The position numbers were made by a program, and so were the translations under genes. The notes beneath the pieces are model-generated. The model was not told the DNA's origin, did no database searches, and saw only the letters and a program-made list of their open reading frames with translations. Positions 48,623-57,689 of a DNA stretch of 64,000 nucleotides are shown here, in pieces. The stretch lies in the sequence record KT895374.1; one strand, 5' to 3'. Within the stretch, counting starts at the first letter, position 1. Each line of letters starts with the position of its first letter.

Positions 48623-50053
48623 ATGGAGGATATAGTGATAGAGCTGTTTCCATCTTATATAAAAATTAGTAATTATGATAGAAACGAAAAACTAGAAAAA
48701 GCATTATCTGTATTTGATAAAACCATTTTCCAATATGTATTTTCAGCTTTCCTTATTGACGAGGATAAAAAAGAAATTATCATTCCTGGAGGGTTAGATC
48801 TTGAATACTTAAAAAATTTATTTAATGACAAAGAAGTTATTAATAGGAAAGATCAAATAAATAAATATCAAAATGTTAAATTAAACATAAAGTATCCTCC
48901 AAGAAATGCAAAACAAGAAGAAGCTATTAACTTTTTAATTAATGAAAAAAACACTCAGAAGTTTTTAGTATTGCCTACTGGTGAAGGGAAAACTTACTGT
49001 GCTATTAATTATGTAGTTAATTCAAAAAAATTACCATTAGTTATTGTAGATAAAGAAAATATTTCCAATCAATGGAAAGAAAGTTTTCTTAAATTTACAG
49101 ATATAAAAGAAAACGAAATATATTTAATTAGTGGTAAAGAAAGTATAGATAATTTGATGGGAATGGGAAGAAGAGAATTATCTAAATACAAATGTTTTAT
49201 TGCTATTCATAAAACATTGACTAATCTAATTAATAAAGACATGAATAATTTCAGAGAGCTAATAACACACCTTAGAATTGGTAGTAAGCTTTATGATGAA
49301 GCACACAGTGATTTTAAAAATATTTTCTTGTTAGACTCATTATCGGAATGTGAAAGTGTTTATATTACCGCAACACCTAGCAGAAGTAATCATATTGAAA
49401 ATGCAGTCTATCAAAGAATGTTTAAAAATGTATCGTTCTTTATATATACTACTGAATCTACTAGTAACTATCATAATATAGTTATTGCCAAATACAATAC
49501 TAACCCTACAAAAAAAGAACAATACTCAATTAGAAATCGTTATGGTTTTGATGCAAATAAATGGAGTAAAAGATTGATTAAAGATGAAGATGTTTATAAT
49601 CAAACTTTTGAAAATATCAAAACCTTAATTAAAAAACTTAATCCAGATTTTAATAAGAAGACAGTAATTCTTATAAATACTATGGATGGAGTTAGCAGTT
49701 TATTAAAGGATTTAAAAGAAGATTTTCCTAATTTATCTTTTGGACGTTATGATTCAACTATTAAGAAGGAAGATAAATTAGAACAACTAAATCGAGATAT
49801 CATTGTAACTACGGAAAAGTCTTTGGGTAAAGCTATTGATGTACCTAATTTAGAATTGTGTATTAATCTAATTCCTTTTGGTTCTAATGTTATTGCCGAA
49901 CAGATGTTAGGAAGACTAAGAAGAATAGAAGGAAAAACACTAGTATTCGTAGATATGATCGATATTGGATTTGAATCCTGTTTACAACAATTAAAACGAA
50001 AAAAGAATATATATAATAAAAAAGCTAAGAATATTTATGAACTTAGTCTTTAA
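48623..50053 (+). CDS. SF2 helicase, UvsW-like
   Basis: Q-motif RNAKQEEA, LPTGEGKT, YDEAH, TATPSR, QMLGRLRR. Confidence 0.88.
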   Translation: MEDIVIELFPSYIKISNYDRNEKLEKALSVFDKTIFQYVFSAFLIDEDKKEIIIPGGLDLEYLKNLFNDKEVINRKDQINKYQNVKLNIKYPPRNAKQEEAINFLINEKNTQKFLVLPTGEGKTYCAINYVVNSKKLPLVIVDKENISNQWKESFLKFTDIKENEIYLISGKESIDNLMGMGRRELSKYKCFIAIHKTLTNLINKDMNNFRELITHLRIGSKLYDEAHSDFKNIFLLDSLSECESVYITATPSRSNHIENAVYQRMFKNVSFFIYTTESTSNYHNIVIAKYNTNPTKKEQYSIRNRYGFDANKWSKRLIKDEDVYNQTFENIKTLIKKLNPDFNKKTVILINTMDGVSSLLKDLKEDFPNLSFGRYDSTIKKEDKLEQLNRDIIVTTEKSLGKAIDVPNLELCINLIPFGSNVIAEQMLGRLRRIEGKTLVFVDMIDIGFESCLQQLKRKKNIYNKKAKNIYELSL

Positions 50054-50064
50054 ATATTTTAACT

Positions 50065-50101
50065 TGCTAGTATATCCGTTTATTAATGGATATACTAGCA
50101 A
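50065..50101 (+). terminator. Terminator-like hairpin
   Basis: ttgctagtatatcc/ggatatactagcaa. Confidence 0.7.
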
Positions 50102-50141
50102 ATAGTTTAATAAACTAACTTCTATAGGGGGAAATTAGAGT

Positions 50142-51038
50142 ATGTTCTTTTCAAAATTTAGTACAGATGGTAAGATTTGTTCATTATTGGTGAAAAAATT
50201 CTTCAAGTCAAATGACGAATTAAAGGTGTGTGATTTTAGCGATATTAATGATAAAGTAAATGATTATCTAGATCATATTGAACAATATGACAACTATGAA
50301 AAAAATCTTTTTATTTTAGACATCCATGTTTCATTAGAAACTGCAAAGAGAATTGAAAAAATGAAAAATAGGTTTAAGAATCTATTATTAATTGATCACA
50401 TTCCAAATAATCATTATTACTTAAAAAAGTTTGATTGGACAAAATTGTCAAATAATAAAGTTAGTTCATCTAAAATACTATTTAGTTATTTAGATGAGAA
50501 AAATCTAATTGACGATTATAGTTATGAACATATTGTGGATGTAGTGGATGAAAATGAAAAATTAAATTGGTTGGATAATCAATCTGAAGAAATTAAATTT
50601 TTAAATGATTTAAATGTTACTCTTCCATCAAAAGAATTTATTAATCGATTAATGATGAATAGCAGTTTAAAACCAAGTAAGAAAGAAAAAAGTTTAATTG
50701 AATTAAGAAATAAGGAAATTGAAAATTCAATCAAAAGTATTAACCCTGTCATTAAAGGTAAAACTTGTTATATATTTGCATTTAAATATATTAATGAGAT
50801 TTCAAAGCATTTCTTTAACTCTAATAGTAATATTGAAATGGTAATTGCGGTAAATCCTATGAATCAAACTGTATCTTACAGAAGTAAAAATTCAAAAAAT
50901 GATGCATCTGAAGTTGCTAAAATGTATAATGGAAATGGAAATAGTTTAATTGCTGGAAGTAAAATTGAAAATAATATCATGGAAAGTTTATTTGAAACCA
51001 TTATGGGTGTTCATAATCTTAAGGATTACACTAATTAA
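50142..51038 (+). CDS. DHH/DHHA1-like phosphoesterase, catalytically degenerate
   Basis: STDG, ILDI, IDHI (for DHH), SYRS..DASEVAKMYNGNGNSLIAG (for GGGHxxAAG). Confidence 0.7.
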   Translation: MFFSKFSTDGKICSLLVKKFFKSNDELKVCDFSDINDKVNDYLDHIEQYDNYEKNLFILDIHVSLETAKRIEKMKNRFKNLLLIDHIPNNHYYLKKFDWTKLSNNKVSSSKILFSYLDEKNLIDDYSYEHIVDVVDENEKLNWLDNQSEEIKFLNDLNVTLPSKEFINRLMMNSSLKPSKKEKSLIELRNKEIENSIKSINPVIKGKTCYIFAFKYINEISKHFFNSNSNIEMVIAVNPMNQTVSYRSKNSKNDASEVAKMYNGNGNSLIAGSKIENNIMESLFETIMGVHNLKDYTN

Positions 51039-51123
51039 AACTAGGTAATTTTTATAAAAAAAATAAAAAATGCAAACAATAAAATGTATAAGTAAAAAAT
51101 AAAAAGTAAAGAGGGATTATTTT

Positions 51124-52158
51124 ATGTTTAAACAATTAGATCGAGTAGAGAGAGTACTTTTTACAAATGGAAAATTTAGTATTACTAATGTAGTGAACTT
51201 GGCGACAAAAAGGCATTCAGACAATACTAAAAATTCAGCAGTTTATGAAAAACCTTATAATTCAAATAAATATGCAGACTATAATAAACTATCTTCATTA
51301 AACATTAATACTAGTGATTATCTAGTATTTTCTTATAATGATTATCAAAATAAAATTCATGAGCAAGTTTACACAAGTTATCCTCATGTAACAAATCTTG
51401 AAGAATTCTTTTCTAATATCTATAGTTTAATCCATAGTGACAACTTATATGGTCAGAATGGAGAAGTATTAGAAGGAAGTAAAAATATTGTACTCTCAAC
51501 ACAAGAATTAATTGGGAATAAGTCTCTAAAAGCTGTTCCAAGTACAATTGAGTATGAAGCTGGTCAAACAGTTAGAGGAGTCTTACTATTTGTTGGTAGA
51601 CAGGAATGTCATATTAATCTTGATGTGAATGCTATTGAAGCTATTGTTACTACTATCAGACAATTAAACTTGTTAGATTACAGTAACCAATCATTGACTC
51701 AAGCTATGATTTATCAACTAATGGGTAGTGGAGTTGGAATTTCTCAACCAAGAGGAAATTCAGGAAGAACAAACAGTGGATTTAGTCAAAATCAGCAAGC
51801 AGGTAGTAATTTTAACCCTTTTAATAATTCAAATAATGGTTTTGCGGCTAGAGGTAGTAAGAATAATTCTTTTGATAATAATACAAATAATAATATTTTT
51901 AATGATTCAGATGTGCCACCAGAGACTAATGACAATAATGATAATAGTCTCCCTCCTAGAGAACCAAGAAAATCTTCTTTAGATGATATTGGAAATGATA
52001 TTAAGCAAGATAATGAAGAATTTAATCCAACAAAAGGGAATGATAATGATCCTTTAAACTTCCATAATATTATTGAAGAATCAAAAGAGATAAGTCTCCC
52101 TAGCAACTTTGCAGATTCAGATGATCCTGGTGCTATCAATTTTGATGATGAAGAGTAA
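51124..52158 (+). CDS. Putative single-stranded DNA-binding protein
   Basis: Folded N-domain, N/G/S/Q-rich linker, acidic tail ending INFDDEE; next to helicase. Confidence 0.45.
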   Translation: MFKQLDRVERVLFTNGKFSITNVVNLATKRHSDNTKNSAVYEKPYNSNKYADYNKLSSLNINTSDYLVFSYNDYQNKIHEQVYTSYPHVTNLEEFFSNIYSLIHSDNLYGQNGEVLEGSKNIVLSTQELIGNKSLKAVPSTIEYEAGQTVRGVLLFVGRQECHINLDVNAIEAIVTTIRQLNLLDYSNQSLTQAMIYQLMGSGVGISQPRGNSGRTNSGFSQNQQAGSNFNPFNNSNNGFAARGSKNNSFDNNTNNNIFNDSDVPPETNDNNDNSLPPREPRKSSLDDIGNDIKQDNEEFNPTKGNDNDPLNFHNIIEESKEISLPSNFADSDDPGAINFDDEE

Positions 52159-52193
52159 AGCTATTATTATATTATTATGAAGAGGTATGAATA

Positions 52194-52526
52194 ATGGATA
52201 ACAAAAAAGAATTATTTGATAAAATATCTAAGACTGAAAATGTATCAAAAGAAAAATCTCCCAAAAATATTGGGAGAAAAGTTGATATAAAGGTATTAAG
52301 ATATGAAATTGATAAAGACAAAGACGTAGAATTAGCAGTGTTTATTAAGAACTTGATCAATGAGCATGAAATTACTAACCAAGACGTTTATGATCATTTA
52401 GGTAGAAAAGTTGGTTGGAACTATATTAATGGTCTTAAAGGTGGTAGTGTAAGCTGGTCAAGAGTTAAGAAATGGTGTGAGATTTTAGGGTATGATGTTG
52501 AAATCACACTTAAGAAAATTAAATAG
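52194..52526 (+). CDS. XRE-like helix-turn-helix protein
   Basis: EHEITNQDVYDHLGRKVGWNYINGLKGGSVSWSRVKKWCEILGYDVEI. Confidence 0.55.
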   Translation: MDNKKELFDKISKTENVSKEKSPKNIGRKVDIKVLRYEIDKDKDVELAVFIKNLINEHEITNQDVYDHLGRKVGWNYINGLKGGSVSWSRVKKWCEILGYDVEITLKKIK

Positions 52527-52528
52527 AG

Positions 52529-52577
52529 AAATAACTAGATAGAGTGATTATACTCTATCTAGTTATTTTTTTTTTTT
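52529..52577. terminator. Bidirectional terminator
   Basis: aaataactagatagagt/actctatctagttattt plus T-tract. Confidence 0.8.
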
Positions 52578-53026
52578 ACTGATTCTCTAAAATTATTAAA
52601 ATTTAAAACTGCTACAGTATCATTGGGCTTATACTCAATTCCTCTAGCATCTAAAATTTCAATCAATTCTTTTTTAACCATTTTATCAAGATCAGTTTTA
52701 GTATAAGAAGTTTCTTCTTCAGATTCCTCTTCACTCTCTTCTTCAACAACATCTTCAATTTCTTCTAAATCTTCCTCACTGACAGCTTCTTCTACCTTCT
52801 CAATATGATCAGATTCAGTCTTTTCTACTACCTCTTCTAAATCTTCTTGAACTGGGATTGCCTGCATTTTCTTAGGAAGTACTCTCTCAGTTTCTACTAC
52901 TTCATAGCCTAATTGAGTCAATAGATTATACTGATCTGTAGTAATTGAAATAGGACTGGTAATTGGTCCTTTACCAATGGAAGGAATAAAGCGTTTATCT
53001 GCAATAGTTACTCTAATTCTTTTCAT
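52559..53026 (-). CDS. Protein with acidic linker and C-terminal HeH/LEM-like motif
   Basis: LDKMVKKELIEILDARGIEYKPN. Confidence 0.55.
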   Translation of the reverse strand: MKRIRVTIADKRFIPSIGKGPITSPISITTDQYNLLTQLGYEVVETERVLPKKMQAIPVQEDLEEVVEKTESDHIEKVEEAVSEEDLEEIEDVVEEESEEESEEETSYTKTDLDKMVKKELIEILDARGIEYKPNDTVAVLNFNNFRESVKKKNN

Positions 53027-53041
53027 TGTTGATAACCTCCC

Positions 53042-53590
53042 TTATTCTAAACCTTTAATAAAAGATAGATCGAAAATAGAATCTTCATTAGTCGGTTGAT
53101 CCACAACCTCGTCAGATTTTTCTTCTAAATCTTTTTCCAAAGTTCTAATTTCTTCTTCTGTTAGAGATTCTTCTTCCAAATCATCATCTTCGTCATCATA
53201 AAGTTCATCATCTAGCTCATATTCTTCAAGAGTGACCTCTACTTCATCAGGCAAATCTTTTTCATCTGAATCTTCTAAAGTTATTTCTTCTTCCTCATTA
53301 ACTATTTCATCTTCTTCCTCTTCTTCATCTCCCAAAAATTCGTCTTCATCGTCATCATCTTCACTGTCATAAAGTTCATCATCTTCACTGTCGTCTTCAT
53401 CATCTAGCTCATCTTCTTCATCATCTAATTCGTCTTCACTAGAAGATTCCTCAACAACTTCTAATTCTTTCTCTGTATCAGTTACTTCTTCCTCTTCTCC
53501 ATCTACAAAAGATTCTAGAAGAGAATCCATTTCCTCTTCTACTGTAATATTTTCATCTTCATTCATGCGTTTTTTAATATTTTTAAACAT
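53042..53590 (-). CDS. Extremely acidic late protein (scaffold-like)
   Basis: Roughly half D/E; SLLESF site; late promoter 53615..53626. Confidence 0.65.
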   Translation of the reverse strand: MFKNIKKRMNEDENITVEEEMDSLLESFVDGEEEEVTDTEKELEVVEESSSEDELDDEEDELDDEDDSEDDELYDSEDDDDEDEFLGDEEEEEDEIVNEEEEITLEDSDEKDLPDEVEVTLEEYELDDELYDDEDDDLEEESLTEEEIRTLEKDLEEKSDEVVDQPTNEDSIFDLSFIKGLE

Positions 53591-53614
53591 TAAGTTTTCC
53601 TCCTTATTAATAAC

Positions 53615-53626
53615 TATTTATTTGTT
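53615..53626 (-). promoter_or_regulatory. Late promoter
   Basis: aaca-aataaa-ta overlapping upstream stop. Confidence 0.55.
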
Positions 53627-54811
53627 TAATATAATATTCTTAATTCTTTTAATAATAAAAAGAATGCAAGGCATTATTACATAGTTCTGAACTGTTAAAT
53701 TTATTCTTATTCTTTTTAAATTTTCAGGAATAGTATCGGTATTTAGATCATTATTTAAATAGGCAATTATAATATTTAATAATTTCCAATCTTTATCTTC
53801 TTCAGATAAGAAGTATTCTTTACTTTTTATTTTATTAACTAGATCTTTATTAAATAATAAGAAATGTTCTTCTTTATCAGATTCTAAATAATTAATACTT
53901 CTAATTGAGTACTTATTCTTAAAAATATTAAAAACTGATGTTCGATCATTAACATCTTTAAATATATATCTTTGTTCTACTAGATTCTCAATATCATGGT
54001 TTTCTAAAGCATAAAACAAACTTTCTTCATATGTTATTTGATCATTATAACTTTCAGGAAGTTTTTGTTCTATCTTAATATTTTTTAGAAAGGTTTTAGT
54101 CTTAATAAATAGATCATTATTATTAATAAATTTCATTAGATAATTATCATATAAACTATCTACATAAAGAAAGGTATTAAAATCTTCATTATAGAATCTT
54201 TTAACATAATTGTCTCTTAATTTATCAAATAAAATATCTAATTCATTTAAAACTATAAAATCAGTTTTTCTTATTACACTCTTTTCCTTCTTACCTAAAT
54301 TCTCATAAACTACTTGATATTCTTCAGTTACCTGCTTTTCTTCTAATATATCAATATTATCTCCAACTAACATAAAGTCCACCTTATAGAAAACTCTATT
54401 ACTTAGACTATTAGTATTAACATTTGTTATTCGGAATAAATATTGTTTGTTTAAATAATCAATTAGAATATATTCATTAGGTAATGGCTCAATAGTATCA
54501 GGAAGAATAATTGCACTTCCATTAGCATCAGTAGATAATCCATCATTATCTACATTGAGCATTGGTGAAATATCTTCCATATTATATAAAGGAAAATTTT
54601 CAATCTTATTATATCTTATTGGTGATTCATTACCAATATTTTGTATAACTCCTTCTAGGTTAATATCTTCAGTTGAAGCGAGTCTATCCTTTGAATAATA
54701 GGTAACAAAGTTAGGTGCACCCTCTATAAATCGAGAAAAATCACTGGTGGTATTTATAAAATTGTCAAGATATTTATCTACTACGTCTCGTTCTTCTACG
54801 AAACGACCCAT
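53618..54811 (-). CDS. Putative virion structural protein
   Basis: 397 aa, late promoter, RYNKIENFPLY..ILPDTIEPLPNEY beta-rich N-terminus. Confidence 0.55.
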   Translation of the reverse strand: MGRFVEERDVVDKYLDNFINTTSDFSRFIEGAPNFVTYYSKDRLASTEDINLEGVIQNIGNESPIRYNKIENFPLYNMEDISPMLNVDNDGLSTDANGSAIILPDTIEPLPNEYILIDYLNKQYLFRITNVNTNSLSNRVFYKVDFMLVGDNIDILEEKQVTEEYQVVYENLGKKEKSVIRKTDFIVLNELDILFDKLRDNYVKRFYNEDFNTFLYVDSLYDNYLMKFINNNDLFIKTKTFLKNIKIEQKLPESYNDQITYEESLFYALENHDIENLVEQRYIFKDVNDRTSVFNIFKNKYSIRSINYLESDKEEHFLLFNKDLVNKIKSKEYFLSEEDKDWKLLNIIIAYLNNDLNTDTIPENLKRIRINLTVQNYVIMPCILFIIKRIKNIILNK

Positions 54812-54838
54812 CTAGTTCACTTCCTTTTTAATAAGGTA

Positions 54839-54850
54839 TAATTTTCTGTT
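54839..54850 (-). promoter_or_regulatory. Late promoter
   Basis: aaca-gaaaat-ta. Confidence 0.65.
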
Positions 54851-54940
54851 TTCATATCTTTCATTTAAACAATTATATAGGTATATTTTCATGGGTAAAT
54901 ATACCTATAAATATAATATAGAAAAGAGAGACGTATTCCT

Positions 54941-55156
54941 ATGATGGGTAAAAGTCGCTATTACAGATACTCAATTATGAGTAATAGTGGGTTTGGTCAA
55001 TTACTGTTCAAGAAAGGCGAATTAGAGTTCATTGTTCCAAAAGAAATGATAACAAGGGATGGGAGAATAAACTATCGTCTTTCTAAAATTTTAGAGAAAA
55101 AAGAATATGAAAAATTAGAATCCCTTGGAATTAAATTAATTAATAATAAGAAATAG
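54941..55156 (+). CDS. Small hypothetical protein
   Basis: 71 aa ORF followed by hairpin. Confidence 0.5.
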   Translation: MMGKSRYYRYSIMSNSGFGQLLFKKGELEFIVPKEMITRDGRINYRLSKILEKKEYEKLESLGIKLINNKK

Positions 55157-55198
55157 TCTATTATTTATAGACTATTTCTTATTATTAATTAATTTTAA

Positions 55199-55210
55199 AG
55201 TATATATTAT
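55199..55210 (+). promoter_or_regulatory. Early-type promoter
   Basis: agtatatattat. Confidence 0.6.
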
Positions 55211-55242
55211 ATTATTGAATAATTATTAATAAGGAGAATGAT

Positions 55243-55581
55243 ATGTCAATGGAAATATTTTTTAGTAGAAGTGTAATTAATATAAAAACTAATAATCCAA
55301 AAGAAGATCATTTAAAAATTTTATTAGGGTGTATAAGTAAAGCAAAGAAAGATTCCTTTTTAAAAGAGTTAAATGAGTTAGGCGTTAATGGATTTTTAAA
55401 CGAATCATACTTGCTAAGAAAATATAGGTCTTGGGATTTTATAGATATAGAAATTGACTTTATATTTAATATGGATAAAGGTTGGGAATGTGAGTATAAT
55501 ATTGATTATCAAGAGGTTAATGGACCTGTAAAGGAATATTTTAGATTATTAGATACTAGGGATAAATTAGAAAAAATTTAG
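55243..55581 (+). CDS. Small hypothetical protein (RxLDT-tail pair, copy 1)
   Basis: SD aaggag; ends FRLLDTRDKLEKI. Confidence 0.7.
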   Translation: MSMEIFFSRSVINIKTNNPKEDHLKILLGCISKAKKDSFLKELNELGVNGFLNESYLLRKYRSWDFIDIEIDFIFNMDKGWECEYNIDYQEVNGPVKEYFRLLDTRDKLEKI

Positions 55582-55591
55582 GAGGAATCTG

Positions 55592-55939
55592 ATGTCAGGA
55601 GTAGAAGTAACCATATATAATAATATAGTAGATATTTATTTCTTAGATCTCCATTACTTGATAGAAAATAAATTATTTTTTGAATATGCTACAGAGGATG
55701 AAAAAAATAAATATACTGATCTTATTAGAGAATTAAACATGATAGGAAATTTTGAAGGTATAGCAGAAGAGATTAGGAGATTTATCATTGGGAAAGATGG
55801 AGTATTAGAATGCCTATTTGAATTTTATCCTACATTTGATGACTATAATCTTTTATTTGAAATTACATTTGAGAGTTTTGAAAAAATACCTAATCCTATG
55901 AGAAAATTAGATACTGAGAGATTACTTAAGGAACTTTAG
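55592..55939 (+). CDS. Small hypothetical protein (RxLDT-tail pair, copy 2)
   Basis: SD aggagg; ends MRKLDTERLLKEL. Confidence 0.7.
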   Translation: MSGVEVTIYNNIVDIYFLDLHYLIENKLFFEYATEDEKNKYTDLIRELNMIGNFEGIAEEIRRFIIGKDGVLECLFEFYPTFDDYNLLFEITFESFEKIPNPMRKLDTERLLKEL

Positions 55940-55964
55940 CTGACCGTATTGAATTTAATGATTA

Positions 55965-55976
55965 AATATATATTAT
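55965..55976 (+). promoter_or_regulatory. Early-type promoter
   Basis: aatatatattat. Confidence 0.6.
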
Positions 55977-56055
55977 AGAAATGTAATATTTTAGAGGAGA
56001 TAATATCTTAATATTTCTATGATCCAATAAATTAAAGAAAGGAGATCCTATAAGT

Positions 56056-56322
56056 ATGACCATCAATTTTAATGTTAGAAAAATTAAAGAATTTAATCAT
56101 GAAAAAATTGTAGGTGGTTCACTCTTATTTAATGAAGAGCATTCGATATATTATTTAGTAAATATTATGGGTAGTGAACCCAACATAGTCTATCGTATTA
56201 TTAATCTAAGAGACTATAACTTTTTTGAATTAGATAAAAAAGATCTAAAAGAAGATAACTATAAAGACTTTAAAATTCTCTTACCAGATGAATTTACTTT
56301 AGAAACTACCTTAAAATATTAA
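56056..56322 (+). CDS. Small hypothetical protein
   Basis: 88 aa, SD aaggag. Confidence 0.7.
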   Translation: MTINFNVRKIKEFNHEKIVGGSLLFNEEHSIYYLVNIMGSEPNIVYRIINLRDYNFFELDKKDLKEDNYKDFKILLPDEFTLETTLKY

Positions 56323-56337
56323 AAAAACTAGGAAGAA

Positions 56338-56805
56338 ATGGGGAAATTAAAAATGTTTAACATTATAGAAACTCTAGTACAAGAAATTATTAAAGGTGGA
56401 GAAGAAGCTGATAAATCTACAAAAATGTTAGTGGAAATTATTAATAAATATCCTAACGCTCAAAAAGAACTTTCAAGAGTTTCTAAAAACTTAAGTGGAA
56501 AAGAAGCAATGATAATTATATCATCTACTATCAACTCTTTATTTTCAAATAAGGAAATCGAGAAAAATCAATTAGAGAAAATGGAAAGAGAAGAAGCTGA
56601 AAAAGTTTATCGTGAACTAATTTTTAAGATCAATGATCTTATTCAATATCTTTATAATACTCAAAAAGAATTGATAAATAGAAATAATGAATATGACAGG
56701 GCTGTTATTAACTTATGTGAAATATTTGGCTCAACTTTAATTACTACCATTAGTAAAAATCCTACATTTTTAATGGATTATCAAGCAGTTTTAGATGATA
56801 AATAA
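56338..56805 (+). CDS. Hypothetical helical protein
   Basis: 155 aa, SD agga. Confidence 0.7.
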   Translation: MGKLKMFNIIETLVQEIIKGGEEADKSTKMLVEIINKYPNAQKELSRVSKNLSGKEAMIIISSTINSLFSNKEIEKNQLEKMEREEAEKVYRELIFKINDLIQYLYNTQKELINRNNEYDRAVINLCEIFGSTLITTISKNPTFLMDYQAVLDDK

Positions 56806-56849
56806 AAGAGAAATCCAATAGGATTTCTCTTTTTTTATGGAGGAGAATA

Positions 56850-57677
56850 ATGAATAAAATAGAAGAAGAATTAATTAGAAGAAAAAACCAATATGAGCAA
56901 GAATTAAAATCCAAATATGAAACACTTAATACTATGCTAATTAATTATAGTAAGAAAGGAGGAAATGTTGTTATTAGATCATCTATTGACGGAGATGATG
57001 AGTTTGATAATGAATTAGAAATATATAACCCTACTGGAGATCAATATTTTGATAATAGTATTAGAGATTATGATTTTGAAACTAAATTATACCATAATAG
57101 TTTTATAAATTATGTTAATTCTATAGTCTCTAATTTTCAGCTAAGTGAGCATGTTATAATGGAAATGTTAAAATATATTGATGAAAATAAACTATTTATA
57201 TATCAGAATCTTTCTCCTGATTTTATATTAAAACTAGAGAGATATATTGAAATTAATTGGGATCTGATCTTATCCAATCATGTACTGGATCCTCATTTCC
57301 TTAGAGAAAATAGAGAAGAGTTTGATTCTGATACTTTAATTAGAAATAAAAAATATAGTATTTCAGATTTAATTTTTATATATTCTGATAATATATACAT
57401 TTATGGAACATCTCGTGATACTAATGTCTTATCAATTAATAGAATATTTAGACTTAGAAAATTAAATAAAGACGATGTTGAATTAATAATTGGTCATTGT
57501 AAAAATTACTCAAGAAGTAAATACTTTTGGCAGGAATTAATCGAAAATATCCCAAAAATAATTGATATTTCATTTATTAAAAAATATAAAAGTATAATAG
57601 ATCTATGTAAAAATGATATTTTGGAAAGTAATGTTAGTAATGAAGTAAAAACCTATGTAAAATTACTTATGATATAA
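56850..57677 (+). CDS. Degenerate Trp-repeat protein, array D
   Basis: YQNLSPDFI, INWDLILSNHVLDPHFL; ends NEVKTYVKLLMI. Confidence 0.8.
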   Translation: MNKIEEELIRRKNQYEQELKSKYETLNTMLINYSKKGGNVVIRSSIDGDDEFDNELEIYNPTGDQYFDNSIRDYDFETKLYHNSFINYVNSIVSNFQLSEHVIMEMLKYIDENKLFIYQNLSPDFILKLERYIEINWDLILSNHVLDPHFLRENREEFDSDTLIRNKKYSISDLIFIYSDNIYIYGTSRDTNVLSINRIFRLRKLNKDDVELIIGHCKNYSRSKYFWQELIENIPKIIDISFIKKYKSIIDLCKNDILESNVSNEVKTYVKLLMI

Positions 57678-57689
57678 GGGGAGTTCTTA

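Noticed and set aside
18389-51982. Numerous short or antisense ORFs overlapping long genes (e.g. 14233, 15918, 17781, 18389, 19941, 20457, 21214, 22271, 28258, 28632, 30366, 32619, 35454, 36255, 47860, 49340, 51728, 51792, 52175, 59127, 61335)
   Set aside because: Shadow frames of well-supported genes, S/L/F/I-rich composition, no RBS.
53100-53520. tcatcatct/tcttca microsatellite-like runs
   Set aside because: Reverse complement of Asp/Glu codons in the acidic protein, not a DNA repeat element.
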